Made by a program: the position numbers and the translations under genes
Assembly: GCA_963712765.1 (NCBI GenBank)
Contig: CAVQIX010000004.1
Coordinates: 496,503 to 560,502 of the forward strand
DNA: 64,000 bases
Origin: an uncultured Solirubrobacterales bacterium
Lineage (GTDB): Bacteria > Actinomycetota > Thermoleophilia > Solirubrobacterales > 70-9
Direction of reading: 5' to 3'
Notes under the pieces: generated by a model
The model's input: the letters and a program-made list of their open reading frames with translations, nothing else
Databases searched by the model: none
Told to the model about the DNA's origin: nothing
Shown: one piece after another, positions 55,344 to 64,000 of the stretch
Position numbering within the stretch: the first letter of the stretch is position 1
How the letters are laid out: every line of letters starts with the position of its first letter

Positions 55344-56352
55344 CGGGCTCCGACTCCCGGTTGGCGCGGGCGCGTCGACTCGTTCCGATCGGCAGGCCGG
55401 CGCGGGCCCTGGCCCCCACGCTCAGGTGGCGTCGCCTGCGGCGCATGTACAGGAGTCGCTGGATGTAGAGCGTGGCGAGGCCTCCGAGGAAGATCGCGAC
55501 GAGGTTGATCCCCAGCTGCGCGCTCGCCTGGCCGAGGACCGTCCATTCGCCGTAGGCGATCGCGACGCCCATGTTGGAGGCGGCCGGGATGGTGGCGACC
55601 GAGATCAGCACCCCGACCAACGCGCTCGACTTCGCCGAGGTGAGGCTGAGCATTCCGACGACGCCCGCCATCAGCGCGACGTAGGCGGAGAAGAAGTTGG
55701 GCTCGGTGATGAAGCGGGTCAATGTGTGGGTCTGGAAGTCGATCTCCCCCGGGATCAGATTTGTCGCCTCGAGCACCCAGGTGACGACGATCGTCACCGC
55801 GATCCCGATCGGGAAGCCGATCGCCAGCGCCCGCACCGATCGCCGCAGCGGCTCATGACGGCGGTTGACGATCGCCACGCACGCCCCGGCGATCGGTCCG
55901 AACTCGGGACCGACCACCATCGCGCCGACGATCAGGATCGGCTGGTCGAGGTAGATCCCGACCGCCGCGATCAGCATCGCCAGGACCATGTAGATCAGGA
56001 AGGTGTTGGTCAGCTCGACGTTCTCGGAGGTACGCGCGGTGACCTCCTCCCAGACGACTGGATCGCTTCCTCGCCACCTCTCCAGCCCGGCTGCGGCCGA
56101 GGCCGCGGCGGAGATCTGGCTGTCGATCTCCTCGATCGAGATCGACCCCTCGACATCGATGTCGAGCTCGCGCAGGTCGGCGACGATCACGCTCACCTCG
56201 CCCCGGAGGACGTCGCAGAGGATCAGGTCGCCCTCGGGCTTTCGGGCGGCCCGCTCGAGCTGGACCAGGTTCGAGACGCCGGCGCTCTCCTCGAGCAGAT
56301 CGAGGACGTGCTCTGACTGATGCGAGGGAGCGACGATCCGAAGGTGGACCAT
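55333..56352 (-). CDS. DUF389/TIGR00341-type integral membrane protein
   Basis: Start MVHLRIVAP at 56352. A soluble N-domain followed by ~6 TM helices (GPEFGPIAG motif). 11-nt overlap with the downstream SixA-like gene. Confidence 0.75.
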   Translation of the reverse strand: MVHLRIVAPSHQSEHVLDLLEESAGVSNLVQLERAARKPEGDLILCDVLRGEVSVIVADLRELDIDVEGSISIEEIDSQISAAASAAAGLERWRGSDPVVWEEVTARTSENVELTNTFLIYMVLAMLIAAVGIYLDQPILIVGAMVVGPEFGPIAGACVAIVNRRHEPLRRSVRALAIGFPIGIAVTIVVTWVLEATNLIPGEIDFQTHTLTRFITEPNFFSAYVALMAGVVGMLSLTSAKSSALVGVLISVATIPAASNMGVAIAYGEWTVLGQASAQLGINLVAIFLGGLATLYIQRLLYMRRRRRHLSVGARARAGLPIGTSRRARANRESEPDAL

Positions 56353-56554
56353 TGCTAGATCGTAGGACCCCGTGCAGCGGTCTTCCCACTGTTTTCTCTT
56401 GCATAGCATTCCGTGAGCAATTCTTTACACTGCACGAACCGAACCAGGGGTACCTCTCGCGAGAGCCGCGCAGGAACGAGCGCCGCCCCGCAGAAAGACG
56501 CCGACGATGGCAACCGCAAGACGACGCACGAGCAAACGCCTACGCCGATCGAGG

Positions 56555-57385
56555 ATGGACGCCTCGCCGGAGACGCACGCCCGCGGGGCCCGACCGCCGA
56601 TCGTCCAGCTTCGTGACTCGACGGTCGTCTATCCGGGTGGCCACGTCGGGCTCGAGCGGGTCTCGCTCTCGGTCGATCGCGGCGAGTTCCTCTTCATCGT
56701 CGGCTCCACCGGCTGCGGCAAGTCGACTCTGATCAAGCTCCTGATCCGCGAGCTCGAGCCGGCAAGCGGCAAGGTGCTGGTGGCCGGACGCGACATCAAC
56801 GACATGCCGCGCGGCAAGGTGCCCCAGCTGCGCCGCCGGATCGGCACCGTCTTCCAGGACTTCAAGCTGCTCCCTAATCGGACCGTCTACGACAACGTCG
56901 CCTACGCCCTGCAGGTCACCGGGGCGAAACGCTCCGCGATCAAGCGCCAGGTCCCCGAGATCCTTCGGATGGTCGGGCTCGGGACCAAGATCCACAACTA
57001 TCCCGATCAGCTCTCCGGCGGCGAGCAGCAACGAGTCTCGATCGCCCGCGCCTTCGTCAACCACCCGCCGCTGCTGCTTGCCGACGAGCCGACCGGGAAC
57101 CTCGACCCCGAGACCTCGATCGGAATCATGCAGCTGCTCTATCGGATCAACCGCTCGGGCACGACGATGATCGTCGTCACCCACGATCGCGAGATGGTCG
57201 ACAAGATGAAGCGACGCGTCGTCCAACTTCACGAAGGCCGCGTGATCCGCGATCAGGCCGCGGGCATGTATGCCTCCGAGGAGGACACGACCGAGTTCGG
57301 CATGCGTCTCCGCGCCGAGATGGGGGTCGACGAGCCCTCCGAGGCGGTCGACCCCGCCGATCCCGGGACCGGGGAACACTGGTAG
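56555..57385 (+). CDS. ftsE: cell-division ABC ATPase FtsE
   Basis: GSTGCGKST Walker [27 protein letters not shown]. Start chosen at ATG 56555; the track start 56507 adds an Arg-rich leader. Confidence 0.9.
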   Translation: MDASPETHARGARPPIVQLRDSTVVYPGGHVGLERVSLSVDRGEFLFIVGSTGCGKSTLIKLLIRELEPASGKVLVAGRDINDMPRGKVPQLRRRIGTVFQDFKLLPNRTVYDNVAYALQVTGAKRSAIKRQVPEILRMVGLGTKIHNYPDQLSGGEQQRVSIARAFVNHPPLLLADEPTGNLDPETSIGIMQLLYRINRSGTTMIVVTHDREMVDKMKRRVVQLHEGRVIRDQAAGMYASEEDTTEFGMRLRAEMGVDEPSEAVDPADPGTGEHW

Positions 57386-57388
57386 TCG

Positions 57389-58291
57389 ATGACCCGGATC
57401 CCGTTCTTCTTCAGTGAGGCCTACAGGGCCCTTCGCCGCAACGCTGCGCCCTCGGTCGCGGCGATCGTCACGATCGCGATCACCGTGCTGCTGATCGGCG
57501 TGCTCGTCCCTGTGCTCGACGCGAGCGGGTCGAAGACCGACGACGTCCGCGATCAGATCTCGCTCAAGGTCTTCCTCTTCAAGAGCGCCGAGAAGTCCGA
57601 GATCCCGTCCCTGGGCAAGGAGCTCGAGGCGATTACGCACGTGAGCGAGGTCGAGTACGTCTCCTCCAAGCAGGCCCTGAGGACGCTCGAGAAGGATCTC
57701 GAGGAGAAGGACCTGCTCTCGGCCCTGCAGAACCGGAACCCGCTGCCCCCCTCCTTCAACGTCCGCCTCGACGATCCTGACAACCTCGAATCGGTGATGG
57801 CCGCGATCTCCCCCCCGGACCCGTCCGGGAGCCCGCAGCCGATCAGTGCCGCGATCGAGGAGGTCAAGACCGCCGAGCAGACCAATCAGATCCGCGAGGT
57901 CACGGCGGCGGTCAAGATCCTGCTTGCGGTGATCGCGATCCTGCTCGGAGTCGCCTCGCTCTTCCTCGTCGCCAACACGATCCGTCTCTCGATCTACGCT
58001 CGACGCCGTGAGGTCGAGGTGATGAGACTCGTCGGAGCGACCAGTTGGTTCATCCGCTGGCCCTTCGTGATCGAGGGAATCTTCGTCGGCGTGTTCGGCG
58101 CAGCGATCGCAGTCGGCATACTGTTTCTCGGCAAGGTGACCATCGTTGACCCGCTGTCTGACAAATTCGCTTTGGTCGAGAATCTCAACACAATCGCCTT
58201 CGGGCCACTGATCGTTCTTCTGATCGGTAGCGCGATGGTGGTCGCGGCGCTTGGCAGCGGAATTACGTTGCGCCGATTCCTCCAGATTTGA
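57389..58291 (+). CDS. ftsX: cell-division permease-like protein FtsX
   Basis: 300 aa. FFFSEAYRALRRN start, large extracellular loop, three C-terminal TMs. Lies 3 nt after ftsE. Confidence 0.9.
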   Translation: MTRIPFFFSEAYRALRRNAAPSVAAIVTIAITVLLIGVLVPVLDASGSKTDDVRDQISLKVFLFKSAEKSEIPSLGKELEAITHVSEVEYVSSKQALRTLEKDLEEKDLLSALQNRNPLPPSFNVRLDDPDNLESVMAAISPPDPSGSPQPISAAIEEVKTAEQTNQIREVTAAVKILLAVIAILLGVASLFLVANTIRLSIYARRREVEVMRLVGATSWFIRWPFVIEGIFVGVFGAAIAVGILFLGKVTIVDPLSDKFALVENLNTIAFGPLIVLLIGSAMVVAALGSGITLRRFLQI

Positions 58292-59472
58292 GCTCCCCCG
58301 ACAACGGCAGCGGCGCGGGCTTCGCCCGCGGCCTGATAGCGGGCGCGATCGGCGTCTTCCTGCTCCTGTCGGCGATCGCGCCGCTGCGGGAGGCCGTCCT
58401 CCCGGATGCGAGCCCAAACCGCGCCACCGAGGCGCAGGAGATCATCGAGAGCTCCTACTTCCGCGAGACCGATTCATCCGAGCTGGGGGACGCGTCGGTG
58501 GAGGGCATGGTCCGCAAGCTCCGGCGGCAGAACGAGGATCGCTTCTCCCACTACTTCGACGCCGAGACCTACGAGCGCTTCGAGTCCTCGACCGCGGGTG
58601 AGTTCAGCGGCATCGGGACCACTGTCAGCGAGGTCAGGCGCGGCCTCCGCGTCGCCCGCGTGTTCGAGAACACGCCCGCCGAGGAGGCGGGGATCGAGGA
58701 GGGCGACCTGATCGTCGCCGTCGAGGGCGAGCCGATCGCCGGCGAAGGCTCGACCGCGGTCGCCGCGAAGATCAAGGGGCCGCGCGGGACCGAGGTCGAG
58801 ATCACAGTCGTCGACGGTGAGACCGGGGAGCGGCGGGACCTTACGCTGGAGCGGGCCGAGGTTCGGATCCCGGCGGTCGAGGGAGAGATACGCTCGGTCG
58901 GCGACACCGAGGTCGCCTACGTTCAGCTCGCCACCTTCAGTCAGGGTGCGCACGGCGAGCTCCGATCCGAGATCGAGAAGCTCTACCGTCAGGGCGCCGA
59001 GGGCCTCATCCTCGATCTCCGCGGTAACGGCGGCGGGCTGCTCCAGGAGGCGGTCCTGGTGACCTCGATCTTCCAGGAGGAGGGACCGGTGGTGATCACC
59101 GAGGGCAGGACCCGCCCCCGCGAGACCCTCGATGTGACCGGCAACGCGTTGCAGCCGAAGCCGATGGTAGTGCTCACCAACGGCGATACGGCCTCGGCCT
59201 CCGAGATCGTCGCGGCCGCGCTGCAGCAGAACGGCATCGCCACCCTCCTCGGCACCACTACCTTCGGCAAGGGCACTTTCCAGGAGGTGATCGAGCTCGA
59301 CGGCGGGGCGGCGCTCGATCTCACCGTCGGTGAGTACCTGACCGCCGACGGAACCTCCATCCTCGGTCAGGGCGTTCAGCCCGATGTCCGGGTCGGCGCG
59401 AAGGACTCCGGTCCGGATCGTCAGCTGCGGCGGGGTCTTGACGAGGTCTCCTCCCAGATCGACGCGGGCTGA
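58288..59472 (+). CDS. S41 family C-terminal processing peptidase (PDZ-containing)
   Basis: TM anchor. PDZ (GIGTTVSEV..GLRVARVFENTPAEEAGIEEGDLIVAV). S41 core LDLRGNGGG and TASASEI. ATGA overlap with ftsX. Confidence 0.9.
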   Translation: MSSPDNGSGAGFARGLIAGAIGVFLLLSAIAPLREAVLPDASPNRATEAQEIIESSYFRETDSSELGDASVEGMVRKLRRQNEDRFSHYFDAETYERFESSTAGEFSGIGTTVSEVRRGLRVARVFENTPAEEAGIEEGDLIVAVEGEPIAGEGSTAVAAKIKGPRGTEVEITVVDGETGERRDLTLERAEVRIPAVEGEIRSVGDTEVAYVQLATFSQGAHGELRSEIEKLYRQGAEGLILDLRGNGGGLLQEAVLVTSIFQEEGPVVITEGRTRPRETLDVTGNALQPKPMVVLTNGDTASASEIVAAALQQNGIATLLGTTTFGKGTFQEVIELDGGAALDLTVGEYLTADGTSILGQGVQPDVRVGAKDSGPDRQLRRGLDEVSSQIDAG

Positions 59473-61586
59473 TGGCGTCGCGCCCGGGGGATCGCCACGA
59501 GAGGGCCGAGGTCGTGCTGGTCGCCGCCCGGCGTGGCCGTCAGCTCGTCGGGGAGCCGCTCTTCAGCCGCGGCGAGCAGGTTCCGCTGGCCCGCGGCCGA
59601 GTCAAGGTCGAGGAGGGGGAGATGGCCCTCTGCAAGGTCGATCGCCGTGGCGGACAGCCGATCCGTTCGCTGGGTCGCGCCGACCGGGCCCGCGACGTCG
59701 TAGCGGCGCTGCTGGCCGAACGCGGCCTGCGGCCGGGCTTCTCCAGGCGTCTCGAGGATGAGGCCCGCGAAGCGATCGAGCGGCTGGAGCGGGACGCCGG
59801 CCCGCGACGCGACCTGATCTCGGAGCCGACCTTCACCGTCGATCCGGCCAGCGCCCGCGACTTCGACGACGCGGTCTCCGCGCGGCGCGAGGGCGACGGC
59901 TTTCGCCTCTGGATCCACATCGCCGACGTCGCTGCCCACGTCAAGCCGGAAGGGGGTCTCGACCGTGAGGCACGGAAGCGTGCGAACTCCACCTATGCGC
60001 CCGGAATCGTCTCGCCGATGCTGCCGAAGGCGCTCAGCAATGAGGCCTGCTCCCTCAACCCCGGCGTCGAGCGGCTCGCCGTCACCTCCGAGATCGAGCT
60101 CGGCCCACGTGCCGAGGTCCGCTCAGCGTCCTTCTATCGCTCCCGGATCCGTTCCGACGTTCGGCTCGACTACGACGAGCTCGACCGGATCTTCTCCGGA
60201 GCCGAGCGCGCCCCCGATTCCGTCTCCGAGCCGATCGCCGTGGCGCGCGTCGCCGCCGCCGCGCTGGCCGACAACGCCCGCGGCCAGGCTCTCACCGTCC
60301 ACTCGTCCGAGCCCGACTTCGAGTTCGACGACGAGGGCCATGTCTCCGCCTCCCACATCATGCCGGAGACCGAGGCCCACCGCCTGATCGAGAAGCTGAT
60401 GATCCTCACCAACGAGCAGGTCGCGACCCTGCTTGAGCGGAAGGGCGCACCGGCGCTTTATCGCGTGCACGAGCAGCCGGATCCCGCCCGGATAGAGCTG
60501 CTGTTCGAGCAGCTCGGCGATCTGGATGTGCCGACGCCACCGCTGCCGGAGCAGATCGGCCCGACCGAGGCCGGCGAGCTCGCGGCCGAGGCCAGCGTGC
60601 TGGTGTCCGAGGAGGCGAAGCGCCGCGGCCACGGCGCCGCAAGCCTCTCCTCACTGGTCCTGAGGAGCCTCAAGCCCGCCCGCTACAGCGACGCCAACAT
60701 CGGCCACGCCGGGCTGGCGAGCCCCGCATACTCCCACTTCACCTCACCGATCCGTCGCTACCCCGATCTCGTCGCCCACCGTGCCCTGCTGGCCCTGGTC
60801 GGGGAGGGCGAGGCGAGGCCGAACCGGCATGAGCTCGACGAGATCGCCCTCCATTGCTCGGACACCGAGCGTGACTCGATGAAGACCGAACGCAAGGGCG
60901 ATGACATCTGCCTCGGCTTCCTGCTCCAGAGCGAGCTCTTCCAGCGCGGGTGGGATCAGGAGTTCGAAGGCGAGGTCTCGGGTGTGATCGGTGGCGGAGC
61001 ATTCATACGCTTCGCGGGGGAGATGGCGGACGCCTACGAGGGCTTCATTCCGATGCGCAAGCTGCGCGGCGACCACTACGACCTGAACGAGACCGAATCG
61101 GCGCTGGTCGGCTCCCGCACCGGACGCCGCCTCGGCTTCGGCGACCCGATCAAGATCCGGGTCGAGTCCGTCGAGCCGGCCCGCGGTCGCGTTGATCTGC
61201 TGCTCGCTGACGGCAATCGGCGCGACGGGACCAAGGGCGGCCGGGACGGGGGCCGCCGACAGGGAGGTCAGGGCGGCGGCGCCAGGAGCGCGGTCGAGGC
61301 CGGCAAGCACGGCAAGAAGAAGGGGAAGAAGAACAAGGACAAGGGGAAGCCGGAGCGGGCGAGGTCCAATCAGGGTCGCAAGGGCAAGAAGGCCAAGCAG
61401 GCGAGCGCGGCGAGCAGGGGCAAGACCGGCAAGAAGGGCGAAGGCAGGGGAGCCAACGGTGGGAAGGGCAAACAGGGCGCGGGCGGGAAAGGCAAGGGCA
61501 AGGGTGATCGGAAGGGGACGGCTCGGACCGGCCAACGCGGCGGCAGGAGCGGGCAGACCCCGACCGGGCGGAAGAGCCGCGGATGA
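59472..61586 (+). CDS. rnr: ribonuclease R (RNB + S1, Lys/Gly-rich basic tail)
   Basis: DPASARDFDDAVS, HIADVAAHV, HAGLASPAYSHFTSPIRRYPDLVAH, S1 domain (EGEVSGVIGGGAFIRF). TGATG overlap with the S41 gene. Confidence 0.9.
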   Translation: MASRPGDRHERAEVVLVAARRGRQLVGEPLFSRGEQVPLARGRVKVEEGEMALCKVDRRGGQPIRSLGRADRARDVVAALLAERGLRPGFSRRLEDEAREAIERLERDAGPRRDLISEPTFTVDPASARDFDDAVSARREGDGFRLWIHIADVAAHVKPEGGLDREARKRANSTYAPGIVSPMLPKALSNEACSLNPGVERLAVTSEIELGPRAEVRSASFYRSRIRSDVRLDYDELDRIFSGAERAPDSVSEPIAVARVAAAALADNARGQALTVHSSEPDFEFDDEGHVSASHIMPETEAHRLIEKLMILTNEQVATLLERKGAPALYRVHEQPDPARIELLFEQLGDLDVPTPPLPEQIGPTEAGELAAEASVLVSEEAKRRGHGAASLSSLVLRSLKPARYSDANIGHAGLASPAYSHFTSPIRRYPDLVAHRALLALVGEGEARPNRHELDEIALHCSDTERDSMKTERKGDDICLGFLLQSELFQRGWDQEFEGEVSGVIGGGAFIRFAGEMADAYEGFIPMRKLRGDHYDLNETESALVGSRTGRRLGFGDPIKIRVESVEPARGRVDLLLADGNRRDGTKGGRDGGRRQGGQGGGARSAVEAGKHGKKKGKKNKDKGKPERARSNQGRKGKKAKQASAASRGKTGKKGEGRGANGGKGKQGAGGKGKGKGDRKGTARTGQRGGRSGQTPTGRKSRG

Positions 61587-62074
61587 GCAAGAAGGACGCC
61601 GGCACCAAGCCGACAGACGAACGAGGTCCGGACGTTGCCACCAACCGCGCCGCGCGCCACAGGTATGTGCTGGTGGAGACGATGGAGGCCGGGATCCAGC
61701 TGCGGGGAACGGAGGTCAAGGCGCTGCGCGAGGGCAAGGCGCGCCTGCAGGATTCATATGCCGCGATCGAGGAGGGCGAGGTGATGCTGCGCGGCGCTCA
61801 CATTCCCCACTACGCGCCGGCCGCCCGCGAGAACCACGAGCCCGAGCGCCCGCGCAAGCTGCTCCTGCACCAGTGGGAGATCGAGCGTCTGATCGGGCGG
61901 ATGAACCGCAAGGGTCTGACCTTGATCCCGACGCGGATCTACTTCAAGGGCCCACGGGCCAAGGTCGAGCTGGCGCTGGCCCGGGGCAAGGACCACCGCG
62001 ACAAGCGCCGCGAGATCCGCGATCGCGACGTTGCCCGGGATGTGGAACGGGAGCTCAAGGACCGCAACCGTTGA
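61583..62074 (+). CDS. smpB: SsrA-binding protein
   Basis: 163 aa. NRAARHRYVLVETMEAGIQLRGTEVKALR, RKLLLHQWEIERL, GLTLIPTRIYFKG.RAKVELALARGK. ATGA overlap with rnr. Confidence 0.95.
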   Translation: MSKKDAGTKPTDERGPDVATNRAARHRYVLVETMEAGIQLRGTEVKALREGKARLQDSYAAIEEGEVMLRGAHIPHYAPAARENHEPERPRKLLLHQWEIERLIGRMNRKGLTLIPTRIYFKGPRAKVELALARGKDHRDKRREIRDRDVARDVERELKDRNR

Positions 62075-62090
62075 GGTGCAGCTCGGGGGT

Positions 62091-62131
62091 GGCGCGGTGA
62101 ACGCGCCGATTCAGCGACGCCCTGCCGTCGC
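62091..62131 (+). terminator. two short GC hairpins after smpB (possible terminator)
   Basis: ggcgcg-gtgaa-cgcgcc (62091..62107) and gcgacg-ccctgc-cgtcgc (62114..62131). No U-tract. Confidence 0.3.
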
Positions 62132-62179
62132 CGCCTCATCGCTCGGCGATTGGTTCAATGTGTTCGGAGGGTTTGTGCG

Positions 62180-64000
62180 ATGAGTGAGAGCGACGAGAAC
62201 GAGCGGCAACAGAGACCGGATTCTGACGGTGCCGAAAGCGACCCCGAGGCCTACGGCGAGGGCACCGCTCAGGGTGATGAGCCGCCACCCCGGGAGGTAG
62301 TCGTCTCGATGGAGGGCGCCGTCGATTCCGGGAAGCTCGGCGAGCCTCCGAGCGTGGAGCTGCCTTCGGAGCCGGCGACCGAGGCTCCATCGGATCCTGA
62401 CCAGCAGAGGCCGGACGCAACCCCTCCGCCACCGCCTCCACCCGATCAGCCGCCGTCCGAGGGCGCCCCTCCACCCCCGGTCGGCCAGGAACCTGCCGCC
62501 GCAGCGCCCCCGCCCCCGGTGGAGGCAGCCGCCGAGCCGGGCCCCCAGCCACCCCCGCCCCCGACCCCCGCTGCGCCGCAGCCCCCTGCCGGGGGCGCGC
62601 CGGATCCGGCCCAGGCAGCCAGTGTCCCGCCGCCGATCGCAGCGCCGCCCGGCGCCGGGGCAGCTCAGACCCCGCTTTCTCAGCCGGTTGCCCCTTCCCA
62701 GGACCCCAAGGAGGCCCGCCGCCAGGCGCGTGTGCAGCGGCGCCAGGCCCGCGCCGAGGCCAAGAAGCGCAAGCGTCAGGAGCGCGCGGATGCGAAGGCT
62801 CGCAAGGCCGACGAGCGACGCCGGAAGAAGGCTGCTCCCGCGCCGCAGTCAGCCGAGGCCACCGCGGCGGCGCCGGCCGGGCAGTCGCCACAGCCTTCGC
62901 CCGCCGCCGAGGCGGTAGGAACCGACCCGACGCAGTCGGGCGCACCCGCGTCCGAGGCAGCGGCAGCGATGCCCCCGCCGCCTCCCTCGGGCGAGGCCGC
63001 CGACCTGCCGGCGCCGCCCGCCGCCGGCCAGCCCGCCAAGCCCGGGGATGAGAAAGCGCAGACGCCGAACGCCCCGGCGGTAGCCCCGACCCCCGTACCT
63101 CCCGCGGATCCGGGACGCAAGCTCGGCCGCAAGGAGAAGCGTGAGCTGAAGAAGCGCCAGAAGGCGGAGGCGAAGGCGAGAGCGAAGGCGGAGCGCGAGA
63201 AGGCGCGGGCGGAGCGCCGCGCCGCGGTCGCGCGCAGGCGGCAGCAGCAGGCGGCCGACAAGAAGCAGAAGAAGGCGAAGAAGGGCCAGGAGCAGCCGCA
63301 GGCTCAGCCGGCCGAACCGGTGGCTCCCGGGCCTGAAGGCGGAATCCCTGCGGCGGCGGCCGCTGGCGCCGCTGCGGCTGCGGCCGGAGCAGCAGCAGCG
63401 GCAGCGCCCGCTGCACCCGGCGCTCCTGAGGATGCCGAGCAGGCGGCTCTGCAGAGACTGACCGAAGCCCAAAACCGTGAGGAGGACGCCCTCGTGACCG
63501 CCGAGGCCGAGGGCGCGGCCGCCCAGGCCGAGCGCCGGGTCCGCGAGGTGGAGCAGATTCAGCGCGCGGCCGAGCAGCGAGCCGCCGATGTTGAGCTCGA
63601 GGCCCAGCAGCTGGCCCCCGAAGCGGCGGCGACGGTGAACCCGTTCGAGGCCGAGATGCGAGCGACCGAGGAGCACATCCAGAGGCGCCAGCAGCGGGAT
63701 CGGGAGATGCTCGAACAGCTCGACCGGACCGAGACCGCGATCGGCAGGTCCAGGGAGCGCACCGAGGAGGCCCTGGCCGAGGCCCAGCGGCGGCTGGAGC
63801 GGATCGAGGGCCAGGCGGGCGAGGCCGAGGAGAGGGCGGCAAGGGCCGAGCGTCTGGCCGAGCTCAAGAGGCAGGAGGCCGATCGGGAACGCCGTCTGCA
63901 GGAGATGCTGGAGCAGATCAACGATGCGGAGCGGCGAGCGCGGGAGGCCGAGCGCAAGGCGCGCGAAGCGGTGGTCGAGGTCGCCCGTCCCGAGACGGCG
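62180..64000 (+). CDS. Pro/Ala-rich, Lys/Arg-patched, C-terminally coiled-coil protein (5' part only; runs off the window)
   Basis: Read by hand from ATG 62180. 607 codons with no stop to position 64000. Third positions are almost all G/C. Ordered composition (acidic N-terminus, PPPPPPP tracts, two basic patches, poly-Ala, Glu/Arg/Ala heptads). It is absent from the ORF track because it has no stop. Confidence 0.75.
   Translation, partial: MSESDENERQQRPDSDGAESDPEAYGEGTAQGDEPPPREVVVSMEGAVDSGKLGEPPSVELPSEPATEAPSDPDQQRPDATPPPPPPPDQPPSEGAPPPPVGQEPAAAAPPPPVEAAAEPGPQPPPPPTPAAPQPPAGGAPDPAQAASVPPPIAAPPGAGAAQTPLSQPVAPSQDPKEARRQARVQRRQARAEAKKRKRQERADAKARKADERRRKKAAPAPQSAEATAAAPAGQSPQPSPAAEAVGTDPTQSGAPASEAAAAMPPPPPSGEAADLPAPPAAGQPAKPGDEKAQTPNAPAVAPTPVPPADPGRKLGRKEKRELKKRQKAEAKARAKAEREKARAERRAAVARRRQQQAADKKQKKAKKGQEQPQAQPAEPVAPGPEGGIPAAAAAGAAAAAAGAAAAAAPAAPGAPEDAEQAALQRLTEAQNREEDALVTAEAEGAAAQAERRVREVEQIQRAAEQRAADVELEAQQLAPEAAATVNPFEAEMRATEEHIQRRQQRDREMLEQLDRTETAIGRSRERTEEALAEAQRRLERIEGQAGEAEERAARAERLAELKRQEADRERRLQEMLEQINDAERRAREAERKAREAVVEVARPETA

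Noticed and set aside
62075-62179. Looked for ssrA (tmRNA) directly downstream of smpB.
   Set aside because: Only 105 nt are available. There is no GGGG...acceptor start paired to a tRNA-Ala-like 3' end, no TTCGA T-loop and no tag ORF. The following DNA is protein-coding.
62136-63842. 568-aa minus-strand ORF, the longest track entry at the right end, plus 62776..63261, 62849..63676 and 63559..63957.
   Set aside because: Arg/Pro/Ala/Ser-dominated, low-information composition typical of antisense shadows in high-GC DNA. The plus strand carries an uninterrupted 607-codon frame with proper G/C third positions and structured sequence.

Overview
Very GC-rich, gene-dense chromosomal window with an actinobacterial-type layout. 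Third codon positions are almost all G/C, so nearly every real gene has long Arg/Pro-rich shadow ORFs on other frames. A deep-branching Thermoleophilia/Rubrobacteria-like origin is my guess only. I call about 55 protein genes and one tRNA-Asp. Most are housekeeping: lysA-hom-thrC, comF-hpf-secA, prfB with its programmed +1 frameshift, nadC and nadA, split transketolase, a translationally coupled ftsE-ftsX-S41 protease-rnr-smpB operon, an arginine decarboxylase-like/agmatinase pair, ferritin, thiolase/3-hydroxyacyl-CoA dehydrogenase, and Fpg/Nei. The accessory-looking part is about 36-48 kb and contains a FIST sensor and a Ser/Thr kinase with a beta-propeller that is start/stop-coupled to nadC. 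It also holds a convergent FHA+HTH regulator co-transcribed with a methyltransferase and a GT4 glycosyltransferase. That operon faces a ~1460-aa RTX-like calcium-binding-repeat protein with perfect 27-bp tandem repeats and an oddly buried signal peptide. Other points of note:
- two tandem paralogous GAF-GGDEF cyclases
- a lactonase-propeller/PKD protein with a Lys-rich tail
- an apparent frameshift in a VOC gene
- a 607-codon open-ended plus-strand ORF after smpB that the ORF track omits, at the position where ssrA often lies
I found no CRISPR array, transposase, integrase or rRNA. All function calls rest on motif recognition in the translations. No database search was possible.
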